NCBI GenBank assembly: GCA_016184315.1 | Contig: JACPCU010000020.1 | Span: 21,025-85,024 of the forward strand | Direction of reading: 5' to 3' | Origin: Nitrososphaerota archaeon | GTDB lineage: Archaea; Thermoproteota; Nitrososphaeria; Nitrososphaerales; JACQRY01 | Length of the DNA: 64,000 bases | In this document: positions 18,209-28,374 of the stretch, piece after piece | How positions within the stretch are numbered: the stretch's first letter is position 1 | How the letters are laid out: every line of letters starts with the position of its first letter | Notes under the pieces: generated by a model | What the model was told of the DNA's origin: nothing | Database searches by the model: none | The model's input: only the letters and a program-made list of their open reading frames with translations | Translations under genes and position numbers: made by a program

Positions 18209-18835
18209 CTAACTTCCTCCGCTCAGCAGGTCGTATACCTGCCTCCTTAAAAGCGGCTTGATTCTTGCAAGCCTAGCCTCAACAGTGTTGTCATACACGA
18301 TGCTACCATCAGTTGACCTGACTTTCACGCCGCCTGCGCAGTTCAGCGGCTGGGGATCCATCTCTATCTTCACTCCCTTACGCTTGCCCACTTCCGATGC
18401 GAGCTTAGAGACGGTTTTCAGGTCCCTCTTGCTACAGGAGCACACCACTTCCTTGACATCGAGTGAGATGATGCTTTCCTCAAGGATACGCTTCAAGGCG
18501 TCATCATAAGAACCCTCGAATTCTAGGCGAGCTATCTTATCCAGAGACTGATGGAAGACCTTGTTGACTGTTTCCTCGGTGAGCTGAAGGCTCTTGTTTC
18601 TTGCCACCAGCTCCGCGTTACCGATGAGTCTGCGTTTAACAGCGTCAGCCTGCCTGTCCTTCGACTCCAAGATCTTAGTGACCGCTTCAACAGCCTCGCG
18701 CCTAGCTGCTTCAAGGATGCTCTCTGCCTCCTTGACGCCTTCGCCTAGAATAGCGATCATCTCCTGCCGTGCTTCGTCGGAGACCTTGTTGACAACGTTT
18801 CTCACAGATGAGCTTGCAGCCATAATTCTAAACAC
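18209..18835 (-). CDS. atpE: A-type ATP synthase subunit E
   Basis: Coiled-coil N-terminus; [22 protein letters not shown]. Confidence 0.92.
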   Translation of the reverse strand: MFRIMAASSSVRNVVNKVSDEARQEMIAILGEGVKEAESILEAARREAVEAVTKILESKDRQADAVKRRLIGNAELVARNKSLQLTEETVNKVFHQSLDKIARLEFEGSYDDALKRILEESIISLDVKEVVCSCSKRDLKTVSKLASEVGKRKGVKIEMDPQPLNCAGGVKVRSTDGSIVYDNTVEARLARIKPLLRRQVYDLLSGGS

Positions 18836-19130
18836 CCAATATTTGTCTCAGCATCGTCCTGTATTCTATCTTGACAGCCTTAGTCCCAGGCGCAGGAACC
18901 TCGTAGATGAGGGGAACCGGCTTCTTAGATCTCAGCTCTGTCAAACGGGGTCTAAGAGGCTCCGCGACATCACTGCTCACCATGATCAAACCAGTATTCT
19001 TGTCAGCCATCAGGCCTTCAACCGTCTTCAAAGCTTCATCAGGAGTCGTAGCTTCGACACCGTCAACTCCGGCAAGACGGAAACCAGAAACGAAGCTCCT
19101 AGTACCGACTGCGATGACTCGCATCGACAA
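18828..19130 (-). CDS. atpF: A-type ATP synthase subunit F
   Basis: VSGFRLAGV...PLIYEVP...RQILGV. Confidence 0.93.
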   Translation of the reverse strand: MSMRVIAVGTRSFVSGFRLAGVDGVEATTPDEALKTVEGLMADKNTGLIMVSSDVAEPLRPRLTELRSKKPVPLIYEVPAPGTKAVKIEYRTMLRQILGV

Positions 19131-19232
19131 TCGAGGCTCCGCGTTTTTACCAGAATTTATAAGGCTATCTACAGAAAACCTATAAAAATAGCCTTAACAA
19201 CGCCCATATCCACCTCCAAGTGATGAACCTCC

Positions 19233-21326
19233 GTGGGCGTAGTCGAGCTCTCCAAAGTCACTCTGATCCTCCCAAGATCCGAACTTCCTGAGGCAACCAA
19301 AACCCTCTGCCAGTTTGAATGGTTCCACCCCACAGGACCTGAGGCCAAGACCATAGACACACAGGTAGATGCCTTAACATCTAGGACATTCAAAGTCTTC
19401 ATCGACCTAGACGAGTTATCCAGGAACCTTGGACTCAAAGTTGAACCCGGCGTCATGGATGTCCTCTCCAAAGGTGTCAAGACAGAGAAGGAGAAGTTCA
19501 CCGCCACCGACTGGATGAGTCTAGTAACCAAACTTGAGGCTGAAGCCAAGCCTCTGATAGAAGACTTAGGAACAAGAATGCAGGCGATCTCCAAAATGAA
19601 GAAGAATCTTTCAGACTTGGATGCTCTTGAAGCAGCCCTCTCACTAGTCTCGAGCTTCAACGTGGACTTGAAGAGCTTAGAGAAGCTGAAGAGGCTTTAC
19701 ACAGTCTTCACCATAATCTCCACGAAAGACCTGAAAGAAGTAAGGAACAGTCTTCCCGAGGCCGCCATCATCGACAAGTCTCTAACACGCGACCGAAACG
19801 CCGTGCTAGTCATCGCGTTGCGTCAAGACGCAGATAGAGTCGACAGAGCACTAAGAAGCTTCGAGGTCAAGCCCTTCGAGATTCCCCATGATCTTCCGCA
19901 AAGCCCCTCCGAGGCCTATGACGCCGTCAAAAGCCGACTTGAAGATACAAGGAAGAAACTTCAACAACTAGAGCAGGAAACCGATGATCTGTCATCTAAG
20001 AACGCTGGCAGGATTCTTACTCTCAGGGAAACGGGTCAAGTAGCTTACACCGTCCTATCGCAGGTCCGGAAGCCCGGAGAGCTGAAGCGCTTCGCAGTCG
20101 TGGAGGGATATATACCGAATGTGCAGCAGGAAGACTTCCACAAAAGATTCAGCAGGTGGATAAGCGTCTTCGAGGAGGCTGGCCATAAGGAGCATGGAGA
20201 ACACGGTGAAGCAACTCCTTCGGTGCCCACTCTGGCTAGGCACTCAAAGATGGTAAAGCCGTTTGCGAATATTACTCTAACCCAGGGGCCGCCCGGCTAC
20301 GGTGAATTCGACCCGACTGCCATTATCGCTCTGATCTTCCCCGTCTTCTATGGACTCATGTTCGGCGATCTTGGCCACGGCTTGGTTCTCACAGCTTTCG
20401 GCGCCTATCTATTCATGCGGGCCAAAGGAGGTCACCCCATTCGCAGCTGGGGTCAGATGTTCATTGCGGCAGGAGTAGCTGCAATGGTGGTCGGTATAGG
20501 CATCGGAGAAGTATTTGGATTAGAGTTAGGTAAATTCATCCCCCTTCCGTTTCACCCGCTTGAGTTGGTGGAGAGAGGACACGAAGCGATACCCAGCATA
20601 GCTCTTCAGGTGCTATACGTGTTCCTGAAAATCGCTATTGCCTTGGGTACTCTACACATTTTCATAGGATTATTGGTCAATGTTGTAAACGGAATCAAGA
20701 GTCGTGAGACGCTTGAAGTCTATCTGCACCGGGTGCCCTTGCTAATCCTCTATGTTTTCTTCGTCAGCTTCCTATTCGCCTTCTGGGCTGGAGGCAAACA
20801 GATCTCTACGCTTTTCACCAGCACCAACTCCCTGTTTCTACTGAGAGACATTGGAATCCACATCCCGGTCAAACTGGCTAGCTCAATCGCCATCCCCGGA
20901 ATGATTGCCCTTCTTCTCCTAATGGTTGCTGGCAGAGTAGTGTTGACCAAAAAGGGGATGGGACACGGCGACGAGGGAGCAGGCATGGCTGCGCTCATAG
21001 AGTTCGTCGAGCTAGCCTTCGAACGCATCCCAGGTTTCCTTGCAAACACCGTGAGCTATCTTCGAATAGCAGTGTTACTCACAGTCCACGCATCACTCTT
21101 GATCGCCCTGAACTTGGCGTGGTCCATGGGACTCGCCGCAATACCACTAATAGTCGTAGGCAACCTAGGCATAATAGCTCTTGAAGCTCTGATCGTGTTC
21201 ATCCAAGACCTGAGGCTCCACCTATACGAATGGTTCACCAAGTTCTACGAGGGAACCGGCATCATCTATCGGAAAATAATTCCCTCAACCAACTACGTAG
21301 AGCTAGAATGGGAAGAGAAGCCCTAG
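19233..21326 (+). CDS. atpI: A-type ATP synthase subunit I (a)
   Basis: FDPT...FYGLMFGDLGHG, NTVSYLRI, QDLRLHLYEWFTKFY. Confidence 0.97.
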   Translation: MGVVELSKVTLILPRSELPEATKTLCQFEWFHPTGPEAKTIDTQVDALTSRTFKVFIDLDELSRNLGLKVEPGVMDVLSKGVKTEKEKFTATDWMSLVTKLEAEAKPLIEDLGTRMQAISKMKKNLSDLDALEAALSLVSSFNVDLKSLEKLKRLYTVFTIISTKDLKEVRNSLPEAAIIDKSLTRDRNAVLVIALRQDADRVDRALRSFEVKPFEIPHDLPQSPSEAYDAVKSRLEDTRKKLQQLEQETDDLSSKNAGRILTLRETGQVAYTVLSQVRKPGELKRFAVVEGYIPNVQQEDFHKRFSRWISVFEEAGHKEHGEHGEATPSVPTLARHSKMVKPFANITLTQGPPGYGEFDPTAIIALIFPVFYGLMFGDLGHGLVLTAFGAYLFMRAKGGHPIRSWGQMFIAAGVAAMVVGIGIGEVFGLELGKFIPLPFHPLELVERGHEAIPSIALQVLYVFLKIAIALGTLHIFIGLLVNVVNGIKSRETLEVYLHRVPLLILYVFFVSFLFAFWAGGKQISTLFTSTNSLFLLRDIGIHIPVKLASSIAIPGMIALLLLMVAGRVVLTKKGMGHGDEGAGMAALIEFVELAFERIPGFLANTVSYLRIAVLLTVHASLLIALNLAWSMGLAAIPLIVVGNLGIIALEALIVFIQDLRLHLYEWFTKFYEGTGIIYRKIIPSTNYVELEWEEKP

Positions 21327-21502
21327 GGGCTGTCTAGTCAACCTCTCAGAAATATTCCCTCTGATCTTGAAATTTATATTGCTAGGGGGGAGGCTGCGTT
21401 CCACAACCAAGACATCTAGGCTCCGAATTTGAGTCATATTTGAAGGGCGGGTTCTACAATCCGACAGCGAGGACTTGCCTTATTCGGCGAGCAACATAAC
21501 GC

Positions 21503-22585
21503 TTAGCTGCGCCGCTCCTTAGCGCAGACAACTTTCTCCATCATCCTCTGGACATCCAAACGCTGCTCGACACCGAAAGCTATGGCTGAAAGATTCCTAG
21601 CCTCCAGCTCCAACATCTTCACCAAAGCCAGAGCCAGACTTACCCCAAACTCATCCCACAAGAAGGCGTGCTGCGCCCGCTCATACGTGAGACCGGCAAA
21701 CCCGTCTTCAAGCTTAGACAAAGCCTCTACCCCAGAAACCTCCCTAGGCAGGATGCCTCTATACTCAGTCCTCTCCACTATGTGTAACGCCTCGTTTACC
21801 GACTCAGCTGCAACCATATCCTCCAACAAGCCTATCGGCACACCGATCCCAGATTCAATCAGCAGGCCACGGGCCTCAGGCTTAGGAAGATCCCACAGCT
21901 TAGCCCTCAGAGAAGCCAAAATGTTGAAAGAATCCAAGTCAAGAGTGATGAGCCTCCTGATCTTGGCTTCTCCATCACCATTCTTCTTTCCTGAAGCAGA
22001 CCCATAGGCCCGAACAAGACTTGAATAAAACTCTCTGTCAATGTAAACATCAAAGAGCTGAGGTTCATTCTTCTCCTTGAAGCTCTTCGCAGCAGCCTCA
22101 GCTTCATCTCCGAACTCGCTGCCAGCCAACTGCCTAACTGCATCATCAAGCCCCTGAGCACTTAGAGCCCTAACCACAACGTCCCTCCTACCCACTAGCT
22201 CCTCAGCGTAAAGGTTGACACGCCTACTGATCTCCTCGTAAGGCAGTCCGAACGCCTTACCCTTCAAAACAGTCTTCAGATTCGAAGCGATATGCCTCAG
22301 ATAATAAGCTGAAAGCAGCTCGCTCTGAGGCGAAACCCTCAGCACAGAGAAATGCGTGAACGCAAACTGCTCCCTGAAAGCCATCTCCAGCTTATCAGCC
22401 TTATACGGCCTCTGCACCTTCGAAACAGTTTGGCTGTAGGCCGTGCCCCTCAGCTTAGTCGCCAAGTCTTCAAGGTCACGGGATTCGGCGAGGTTCTCAT
22501 AGTTCTGGTAGGAGAGAAGCCTACCCTTTGCCGCAACCGTCTTGACAGCGGTGTAAACCTCGTCTGAGATAAGGGTCTTGACCAT
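21503..22585 (-). CDS. atpC: A-type ATP synthase subunit C
   Basis: KGRLL...NLKTVLKGK...D..NI...LRAK...ELEARNL.AIA.G. Confidence 0.9.
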   Translation of the reverse strand: MVKTLISDEVYTAVKTVAAKGRLLSYQNYENLAESRDLEDLATKLRGTAYSQTVSKVQRPYKADKLEMAFREQFAFTHFSVLRVSPQSELLSAYYLRHIASNLKTVLKGKAFGLPYEEISRRVNLYAEELVGRRDVVVRALSAQGLDDAVRQLAGSEFGDEAEAAAKSFKEKNEPQLFDVYIDREFYSSLVRAYGSASGKKNGDGEAKIRRLITLDLDSFNILASLRAKLWDLPKPEARGLLIESGIGVPIGLLEDMVAAESVNEALHIVERTEYRGILPREVSGVEALSKLEDGFAGLTYERAQHAFLWDEFGVSLALALVKMLELEARNLSAIAFGVEQRLDVQRMMEKVVCAKERRS

Positions 22586-22587
22586 CT

Positions 22588-22923
22588 CTACGCGCCCAAC
22601 ACACCTTTGACAACCTTCTTCACAGCTTCATCGAACACCTTGTCTATCCTCGCTTTCAGCTTCTCAACGTCCTTCTCAGCATTGGCAATGATCCTCTTAG
22701 CCTCCTCCTCAGCCTCCCTCTGAACATGGTCTATCTCCATCTGAGTCTCCTCAGCCGCCTCCTTTACAGACTCTTCCTTAAGCTTCTCAGCCTCCTGCCT
22801 AGCATAGCTGATCAGATTCCTCTTCAACTCCTCAACGTTACCGCGAATAGAATCCAGTTCACTCTCAAACTGGGTCAGAGCAGATATGACTTCCTGTATC
22901 TGGGAGCCTTCATGAAGAGACAA
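22588..22923 (-). CDS. A-type ATP synthase subunit H/G (peripheral stalk)
   Basis: E/A/K-rich coiled coil directly upstream of atpC. Confidence 0.75.
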   Translation of the reverse strand: MSLHEGSQIQEVISALTQFESELDSIRGNVEELKRNLISYARQEAEKLKEESVKEAAEETQMEIDHVQREAEEEAKRIIANAEKDVEKLKARIDKVFDEAVKKVVKGVLGA

Positions 22924-22980
22924 TTCTGTTCGCCCCTCCCTTCACGTCACTGTAATTAAGCTCTTCGCGTACATCCTTGT

Positions 22981-23328
22981 TCAAGCAGCCGTTAAGCTAA
23001 GGATTGCCTTAGCCAAATCCCCATCAGCGTCCTCCAACGCTGACTGAGCCCTCTCCTTCGAAACACCTGTCTGCTGAACCACCAGGAGAACATCCTCCTC
23101 TGTGAACTTGGGAGTCTCGCGGGCCTTCTCTTCAACCTCCTCTCCTGACACCTGAAACATTCTCATCCCTTTCACAGTCACTTCAGCTACACTTGCATCC
23201 TTTACAATGATATCCTTCGTCCTAGTGCGGATCACAACCTCCTCAACGCCTTCAACCTCCTTCATGTCTACTCCCATACGTTCCAAGAGACGCCTTGTCT
23301 GTCTACGATCAAACGCCAACCACGACAC
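22981..23328 (-). CDS. nac: Nascent polypeptide-associated complex protein
   Basis: RMGVDMKEV..VEEVVI + UBA (EDVLLV.QQTGVS...GDLAKAIL.L). Confidence 0.93.
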   Translation of the reverse strand: MSWLAFDRRQTRRLLERMGVDMKEVEGVEEVVIRTRTKDIIVKDASVAEVTVKGMRMFQVSGEEVEEKARETPKFTEEDVLLVVQQTGVSKERAQSALEDADGDLAKAILSLTAA

Positions 23329-23393
23329 CTCTTACCAAACAGTCAAACCAAGACCCGGCATCTATCCCTTAAGCCTTTTCAAATCCTGCCACA

Positions 23394-23948
23394 CTACTCA
23401 GCATCATCTAGACTTGGCTTACCAGCTGCACCCTGACGAACCTTGACAGCCATGCCTTTCCTGAAACTCATCATGTTCTTGGATGAGAGGACAGCCTTCC
23501 CTACTGCAATGACTTTTCCTTGCGGACTGAGAACAGCAACCTCAGACTTGGGATAAACGTTTCGCCCACAGTGAACAACGTGTTTGGCGAAGACAGAAAG
23601 ACCGGTGGAAACAGATTCAACCGCGTCTTCGTTTACCGTGACACAATTTTCTACGAAGGACTTTGAAGTACTAAGAACTTCGGCGCCGAACACCGTCAGG
23701 GCAACGCCACCTTCAGATCTCACCGTGGCTAGAAGTCTACCATTCCATGAAACACTTCTCAGCCTACCCGTTCTCCTAGAAGTCACATACGTAAAAGAGT
23801 CAAAGGGAACCCCGTCGCTAACACCCTTCCCAAAAAGATAGTCCAACGTCATCGCGAATTTTCTCCCCCAATCCAACTCTGAATCCTTCCCCGTAGGGCC
23901 AAGTGTTCGGGGAATTAAGCTTCTCGCGCAAAACCTAAGTAGCCTCAA
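23394..23948 (-). CDS. Stand-alone TGT-C2/PUA-domain protein (true start probably near 23852)
   Basis: DYLFG...SRRTGRLR...G.SVFAKHV...AVGKA...GMAVKVR. Confidence 0.85.
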   Translation of the reverse strand: MRLLRFCARSLIPRTLGPTGKDSELDWGRKFAMTLDYLFGKGVSDGVPFDSFTYVTSRRTGRLRSVSWNGRLLATVRSEGGVALTVFGAEVLSTSKSFVENCVTVNEDAVESVSTGLSVFAKHVVHCGRNVYPKSEVAVLSPQGKVIAVGKAVLSSKNMMSFRKGMAVKVRQGAAGKPSLDDAE

Positions 23949-23977
23949 ACGCCCTGCAACATCTAGGCAAGAGAAAA

Positions 23978-24412
23978 TTGAGGGTTTGTGAAGTCTGCGG
24001 CGAGCCTATACGCGGAGTTCCTCAGACCGTTATGATTGACGGAGGGAAACTCACTGTATGCGGCCACTGCTCTAGACTAGGCACACCAGTAGCTGCGCCA
24101 GTAGCACTACCGAAATCGTTTCCCAAATCTTTGGCCACTAATAGACCAAGGCCTGCACCTAGGCTTAGGAATCCCACTCCGCTGCTCAAAGAACCGGAGT
24201 TGGATCTGAGGCCTGACTACAACTTGGTTATCAGGCAAGCCAGAGAGAAGCTGAATCTCTCACAAGAAGAGCTCGGCCGAAAGATAAATGAAAAGCCCTC
24301 AGTCATAAGACTTATCGAAACCGCTAGGCTCAAGCCTGATAATGTCCTAGCGAGCAAGATCAAACACTTCCTCAAAGTAGATCTACTGATACCTGCTGAA
24401 GAGTTAGCGTAG
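23978..24412 (+). CDS. Archaeal MBF1 (Zn ribbon + HTH)
   Basis: CEVCG...VCGHC; IRQAREKLNLSQEELG.KINEKPSVI. Confidence 0.93.
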   Translation: MRVCEVCGEPIRGVPQTVMIDGGKLTVCGHCSRLGTPVAAPVALPKSFPKSLATNRPRPAPRLRNPTPLLKEPELDLRPDYNLVIRQAREKLNLSQEELGRKINEKPSVIRLIETARLKPDNVLASKIKHFLKVDLLIPAEELA

Positions 24413-24444
24413 CAGAAATGTTCCTTGAACGGTGAAGAGTAAGA

Positions 24445-25707
24445 CTGTCTTCAGCTAACAAAGCCATCCTCGTAACATACCCCGACAGATTTAGACGAAG
24501 CGAAGCCGTCAGCCTAGCTGAAGCAGCAGGCTACAACATAATCCAAACCTTTACGCAAAGATTCCTCTTTAAAGCCGAGTACGGCGTAGGCGCAGGAAAA
24601 GCCATCGAAATAGCCCTATCTGCGAAGGACATTGCTGCCGACGTAATACTGTTCGACGAGAAGCTGAAACCCGTGCAGCTCTACAATCTAGGCAAGCTCA
24701 TCGGAGTCGAAGTAGTGGACAGAGAGAAGCTCATACTTCAGATCTTCGCGAAAAGAGCCTCTACAGCAGAGGCCAAGCTGCAGGTTCGCCTAGCCCACTT
24801 GAGATACGAAATGGCAGGAGCAAGACAGAAGGTTCGCTTGGCCAAAGCGGGTGAGCAACCGGGCTTCTTCGGCCTCGGAAGATACGAAGTCGAAGTCTAT
24901 AACCGGGACCTCAAAACAAGAATATCAGCACTGCAAAGGAAACTGGAAAAGATAGCTAAGAGGAGAAGCCTCTACCAGCGTCAAAGAAGCAGAATGAACA
25001 TCGCCACTGTTTCTCTTGCAGGCTACACTGCAGCGGGAAAGACTAGTCTCTTCAACGCCCTAACCGGAGAAAGAAAAGAGGTGGGAGCAGGCTCCTTCAC
25101 AACTCTAGCAACAACCAGTAGGAGCATAATGTTGGACAACTCCAAAACGCTTCTGTCTGATACCGTAGGCTTCATCAGCGGCCTACCTCTATACATGATT
25201 GAAGCCTTCAAGTCAACCTTGGAGGAGCTGACTCATGCAGCCTTGGTGCTTTTGGTGGTGGATGTCAGCGAGCCGCCTGGAGACGTTCTCCTCCGCTTCC
25301 AAGACTCCATTGCTGTTCTTACTCAGTTGGAGGTTTCACCCTCCAAGACCCTTGTGGTTCTGAATAAAGCTGATTTGACTGCTAAGGAGCACTTGGAGGA
25401 TGTCCGGAAAGCTATCTGCGTGGTTCCAGAGGGATCCATCGTGGTCTCAGCGAGGACAGGCTTTGGACTAGAGGACTTGAAAAAGCGGATCCATGAATCT
25501 ATCTTCGAATACGACGAGTCCAGAACGGTGATTCCTCCAGAGGAGATTGCAGGGGCATCAGATGAAATCGAATGGTTGAGGAGCAATGCAACAGTAGATC
25601 TAAGTAGAAGACAGGACGGCGCATTAGAAGCCTATGTTAAAGGACCTACATGGATTGTCCAACACTTCAAAGCGTTGTTCGGAGAACGTCGTGAAGTAAA
25701 TGCCTAG
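24445..25707 (+). CDS. hflX: GTPase HflX (inferred CTG start at 24445)
   Basis: GYTAAGKTS, DTVGFI, NKAD; in-frame N-terminal EAVSLAEAAGY...YGVGAGK upstream of 24673. Confidence 0.92.
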   Translation: MSSANKAILVTYPDRFRRSEAVSLAEAAGYNIIQTFTQRFLFKAEYGVGAGKAIEIALSAKDIAADVILFDEKLKPVQLYNLGKLIGVEVVDREKLILQIFAKRASTAEAKLQVRLAHLRYEMAGARQKVRLAKAGEQPGFFGLGRYEVEVYNRDLKTRISALQRKLEKIAKRRSLYQRQRSRMNIATVSLAGYTAAGKTSLFNALTGERKEVGAGSFTTLATTSRSIMLDNSKTLLSDTVGFISGLPLYMIEAFKSTLEELTHAALVLLVVDVSEPPGDVLLRFQDSIAVLTQLEVSPSKTLVVLNKADLTAKEHLEDVRKAICVVPEGSIVVSARTGFGLEDLKKRIHESIFEYDESRTVIPPEEIAGASDEIEWLRSNATVDLSRRQDGALEAYVKGPTWIVQHFKALFGERREVNA

Positions 25708-26224
25708 GGTTGCTGTCCTCAGAATCGGTTACAGGCTGGTCAGAGATGACCGAATCACCACTCACATTGCTTTGGTTGCACGGGCCTTTGGAGCTGACTG
25801 CATATACACCGTGGGAGGGGAGGAAGATCTTGCGGAGACGATTAGGAATGTCAACAAGCGGTGGGGTGGAGACTTCCAAGTCGAGTTTGTTGACGATTGG
25901 AAGAAAGTCGTAAGACAGTGGAAGAATAGTGGAGGACTAGTAGTCCATCTTACGATGTATGGGTTAGGTATGGAAACAGTTGAGGAGGTTCAAAGAGGAG
26001 AGAGAAACATTTTGGTCGTTGTGGGGGCAGAGAAGGTTCCTCGGGAACTCTACAGCATGGCTGACTATAATGTTGCTGTAAGTCATCAGCCTCACTCCGA
26101 GGTTTCAGCCCTAGCAGTGTTCTTGGATAGATACTTCAAAGGAGAAGAGTTGAAGAAGAATTTCCGGGATGCGAAGATGAAGATTACCCCCTCAGCCAAA
26201 GGCAAGAATGTAGTAGAACTCTAA
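25700..26224 (+). CDS. trm56: tRNA (cytidine56-2'-O)-methyltransferase
   Basis: RDDRITTH.ALVARAFGA, VHLTMYG, VGAEKVP, QPHSEV. Confidence 0.95.
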   Translation: MPRVAVLRIGYRLVRDDRITTHIALVARAFGADCIYTVGGEEDLAETIRNVNKRWGGDFQVEFVDDWKKVVRQWKNSGGLVVHLTMYGLGMETVEEVQRGERNILVVVGAEKVPRELYSMADYNVAVSHQPHSEVSALAVFLDRYFKGEELKKNFRDAKMKITPSAKGKNVVEL

Positions 26225-26283
26225 CCATATGATCCGACTACGAGAAAACCTTTAATCTTTCTCAAACGAATAATAACCATTCT

Positions 26284-26823
26284 ATGTCAGAACCTCGCAC
26301 AACGCCTCCACGCCTTAGAATAGAGTATGAAGACTCCTTCGTAAAGATCGCAGGGCTCCTAGGAGGAGAAGAATACGTCCGGGTTGCCCGAGCCCTTTTG
26401 AACAACGAGAACGCTACCGATGAAGAGATCGCAAGTGCCACCGGCCTCAAGATCAACACTGTGAGGAAGGCTCTCTACGACCTCTTCGGAAGATCCCTGA
26501 TCTCAGGCATAAGGGTAAGAGACCTGAAGAGAGGATGGTTCGTATACAGATGGAAGGCCCAGCGAGATCAGGTGGACGGCTTCATAGAGACACAGAAACG
26601 CAAAGTGTTGGAGCGATTAAAGATCAGGCTTGAAAACGAAGATACCCACGAATTCTACCACTGCGGAGTAGATACATGTCAGAGGCTGACCTTTGAACAG
26701 GCCATAGAAGTCTTCTTCAAATGCCCCTCATGCGGGCACCCCTTCTCACTCATAGAGAACGGCAGGCTCAAAGAATCTTTGGCTTGGAAGATCAAAGACA
26801 TCGAATCAGAGATACAGAAATAA
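26284..26823 (+). CDS. tfe: Transcription factor E (alpha)
   Basis: TDEEIA..TG..INTVRK.LY.L, GWFVYRW, Zn ribbon. Confidence 0.95.
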   Translation: MSEPRTTPPRLRIEYEDSFVKIAGLLGGEEYVRVARALLNNENATDEEIASATGLKINTVRKALYDLFGRSLISGIRVRDLKRGWFVYRWKAQRDQVDGFIETQKRKVLERLKIRLENEDTHEFYHCGVDTCQRLTFEQAIEVFFKCPSCGHPFSLIENGRLKESLAWKIKDIESEIQK

Positions 26824-26830
26824 TCTTCAC

Positions 26831-26878
26831 GCCCGAAACATACCGAAACTATAGCGGAAATGGTAGCCCGTAATAGGT
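26831..26878 (-). repeat. Copy of tRNA-Gln 3' end plus trailer (attR-like)
   Basis: atagcggaaatggtagcccg 26851-70 identical to 28242-61; imperfect match extends ~20 bp further. Confidence 0.9.
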
Positions 26879-27025
26879 TGTCACTGTCTATCGTTAACGT
26901 AGCCTTAGAGTAGCAAATTCTTGCCCGAAATATAGCGATGGTGGACGGAAGTAGGTTTACAATAAGCCATCGCTTCTCATGCTATGTTGGGTTAGGAGAA
27001 TCACGGCACGTGCCGTTGAGTTTTA

Positions 27026-27052
27026 TGGTGGGAAACGGGCAGACTCGTAACT
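27026..27052 (-). repeat. Degenerate tRNA-Gln 3'-end copy
   Basis: tggtgggaaacgggcagactcgtaact vs tRNA tggtagcccggggcagattcgaact. Confidence 0.45.
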
Positions 27053-27087
27053 AAACCTGTTCAGTTTTCCCGACTCGGCTTACCCAT

Positions 27088-28023
27088 CTACTCTGCTTTG
27101 TGCATTACCCATTCTGCCAGGCCATAATCTACACATAGCTTGGCTACCTCTCTGGGACCGAGATATCTGATTTCTTCGGTCTCAGCTCCACTCTCCATTG
27201 AATAATTTTCTAGGCTATCCTCGGGTGTATGAACCGCGAAGAAGAAGCGAGCATAACCTGCCATTTCAGCAAAGCGATCCTTGTAATCTAAATAGTCTTG
27301 CCGTCCTGCCTTCGATTTAACCTGAACGGAGATCTTTTCATTTGTCACAGGCGAGAGCAGCTCGAGGTCTATCGTTTTCTGTGGCCCGCCCAGCTTGCCG
27401 ATGCGTTTCCAACCAGCACCCCTGAAGATGAGATCAACAAGGAGCTCGAAATCCTTCCAATGAAGGCCTCGAATCAAACTTTCAATATTATCGACTAGAG
27501 TTTTGTATGCTGCCTGAGCCTCTTCGATGCGAGGTGGTGTCTTCCCGTTGATTTTATTGACCAGGTACTCAAATTCCTTGACTTTACAAATAGTGCCCCT
27601 GTAGCCCTGCATGCTTAACAGGCTCCCTCGCAATCTGTCCGTCGACAGTTTGTTATCTTTGACATCGGTGCTTCGCCATTGGTCGATGACTTTCCTGAAC
27701 CTACTACCGTCGCCAAGCTTAGTTACCTCGGGGTTCGAGAAGCACCACCGAAGAGAATTCCCGTGGAAGGTTACCCACAGCACGTCAGTGCCCGCCTCGT
27801 AAAATTCTTTGATCTGATTCAGATCTCGCCTGATAGCCCCTTTGTCGTTTCTTATCTTTTGAAGTTGCTTTTCTACATGATTCCAGCGGCGGGCTACACA
27901 GTCTTCGTGTGAGATTTCATTATAGCCAAACCGTATGGTCTGATTTTCTAAGCACTCTTTTTCCCATCCACCTTCCGATCCAAGCTTTATGTAGCATGCA
28001 CGATTTGGTTTTATCTCCTGCAT
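27088..28023 (-). CDS. Restriction endonuclease (N-terminal putative recognition domain + C-terminal Mrr-like PD-QXK domain)
   Basis: YIKLG..G.WE.ECL; DFELLVDLIF..AGW...IDLEL...VQVKS. Confidence 0.8.
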   Translation of the reverse strand: MQEIKPNRACYIKLGSEGGWEKECLENQTIRFGYNEISHEDCVARRWNHVEKQLQKIRNDKGAIRRDLNQIKEFYEAGTDVLWVTFHGNSLRWCFSNPEVTKLGDGSRFRKVIDQWRSTDVKDNKLSTDRLRGSLLSMQGYRGTICKVKEFEYLVNKINGKTPPRIEEAQAAYKTLVDNIESLIRGLHWKDFELLVDLIFRGAGWKRIGKLGGPQKTIDLELLSPVTNEKISVQVKSKAGRQDYLDYKDRFAEMAGYARFFFAVHTPEDSLENYSMESGAETEEIRYLGPREVAKLCVDYGLAEWVMHKAE

Positions 28024-28146
28024 ACGTGATTCAGCAGGCTCTACTACTCCTTAGCTCGGATTTAAGGCATGCTGGGGTGTGGTATACAGGTCTTTGCTAT
28101 ACTCTTCTATCCTTTTTCCCTAAAGACGGCTTGAAATTGAAGTAAA

Positions 28147-28166
28147 GGTAGCCCGTGACAGGTTCG
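28147..28166 (-). repeat. Degenerate tRNA-Gln 3'-end copy
   Basis: ggtagcccgtgacaggttcg vs ggtagcccggggcagattcg (17/20). Confidence 0.6.
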
Positions 28167-28251
28167 GTTCCATGTTCGCAAGATCTTATAACGTCAGATA
28201 GGTGTTTTATGCCCTTTTTCTGCCTGAAATATAGCCGAAACATAGCGGAAA

Positions 28252-28327
28252 TGGTAGCCCGGGGCAGATTCGAACTGCCGTCACCGGCTCCAAAGGCCAG
28301 TATGCTTGACCGCTACACCACCGGGCT
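28252..28327 (-). tRNA. tRNA-Gln(TTG) with encoded CCA
   Basis: AGCCCGG...CTGGC-CT TTG GA-GCCGG...GGCAG-TTCGAAT-CTGCC CCGGGCT-ACCA; A1-U72 typical of archaeal Gln. Confidence 0.96.
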
Positions 28328-28374
28328 GAAACAGCAGACGCTGAGCCTGTCAACGAACCGACATGATGGGCTCA

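Noticed and set aside
11073..21326. Divergent pyrB/pyrI and split ATP synthase operon
   Set aside because: Probably the normal lineage gene order, not a novel system
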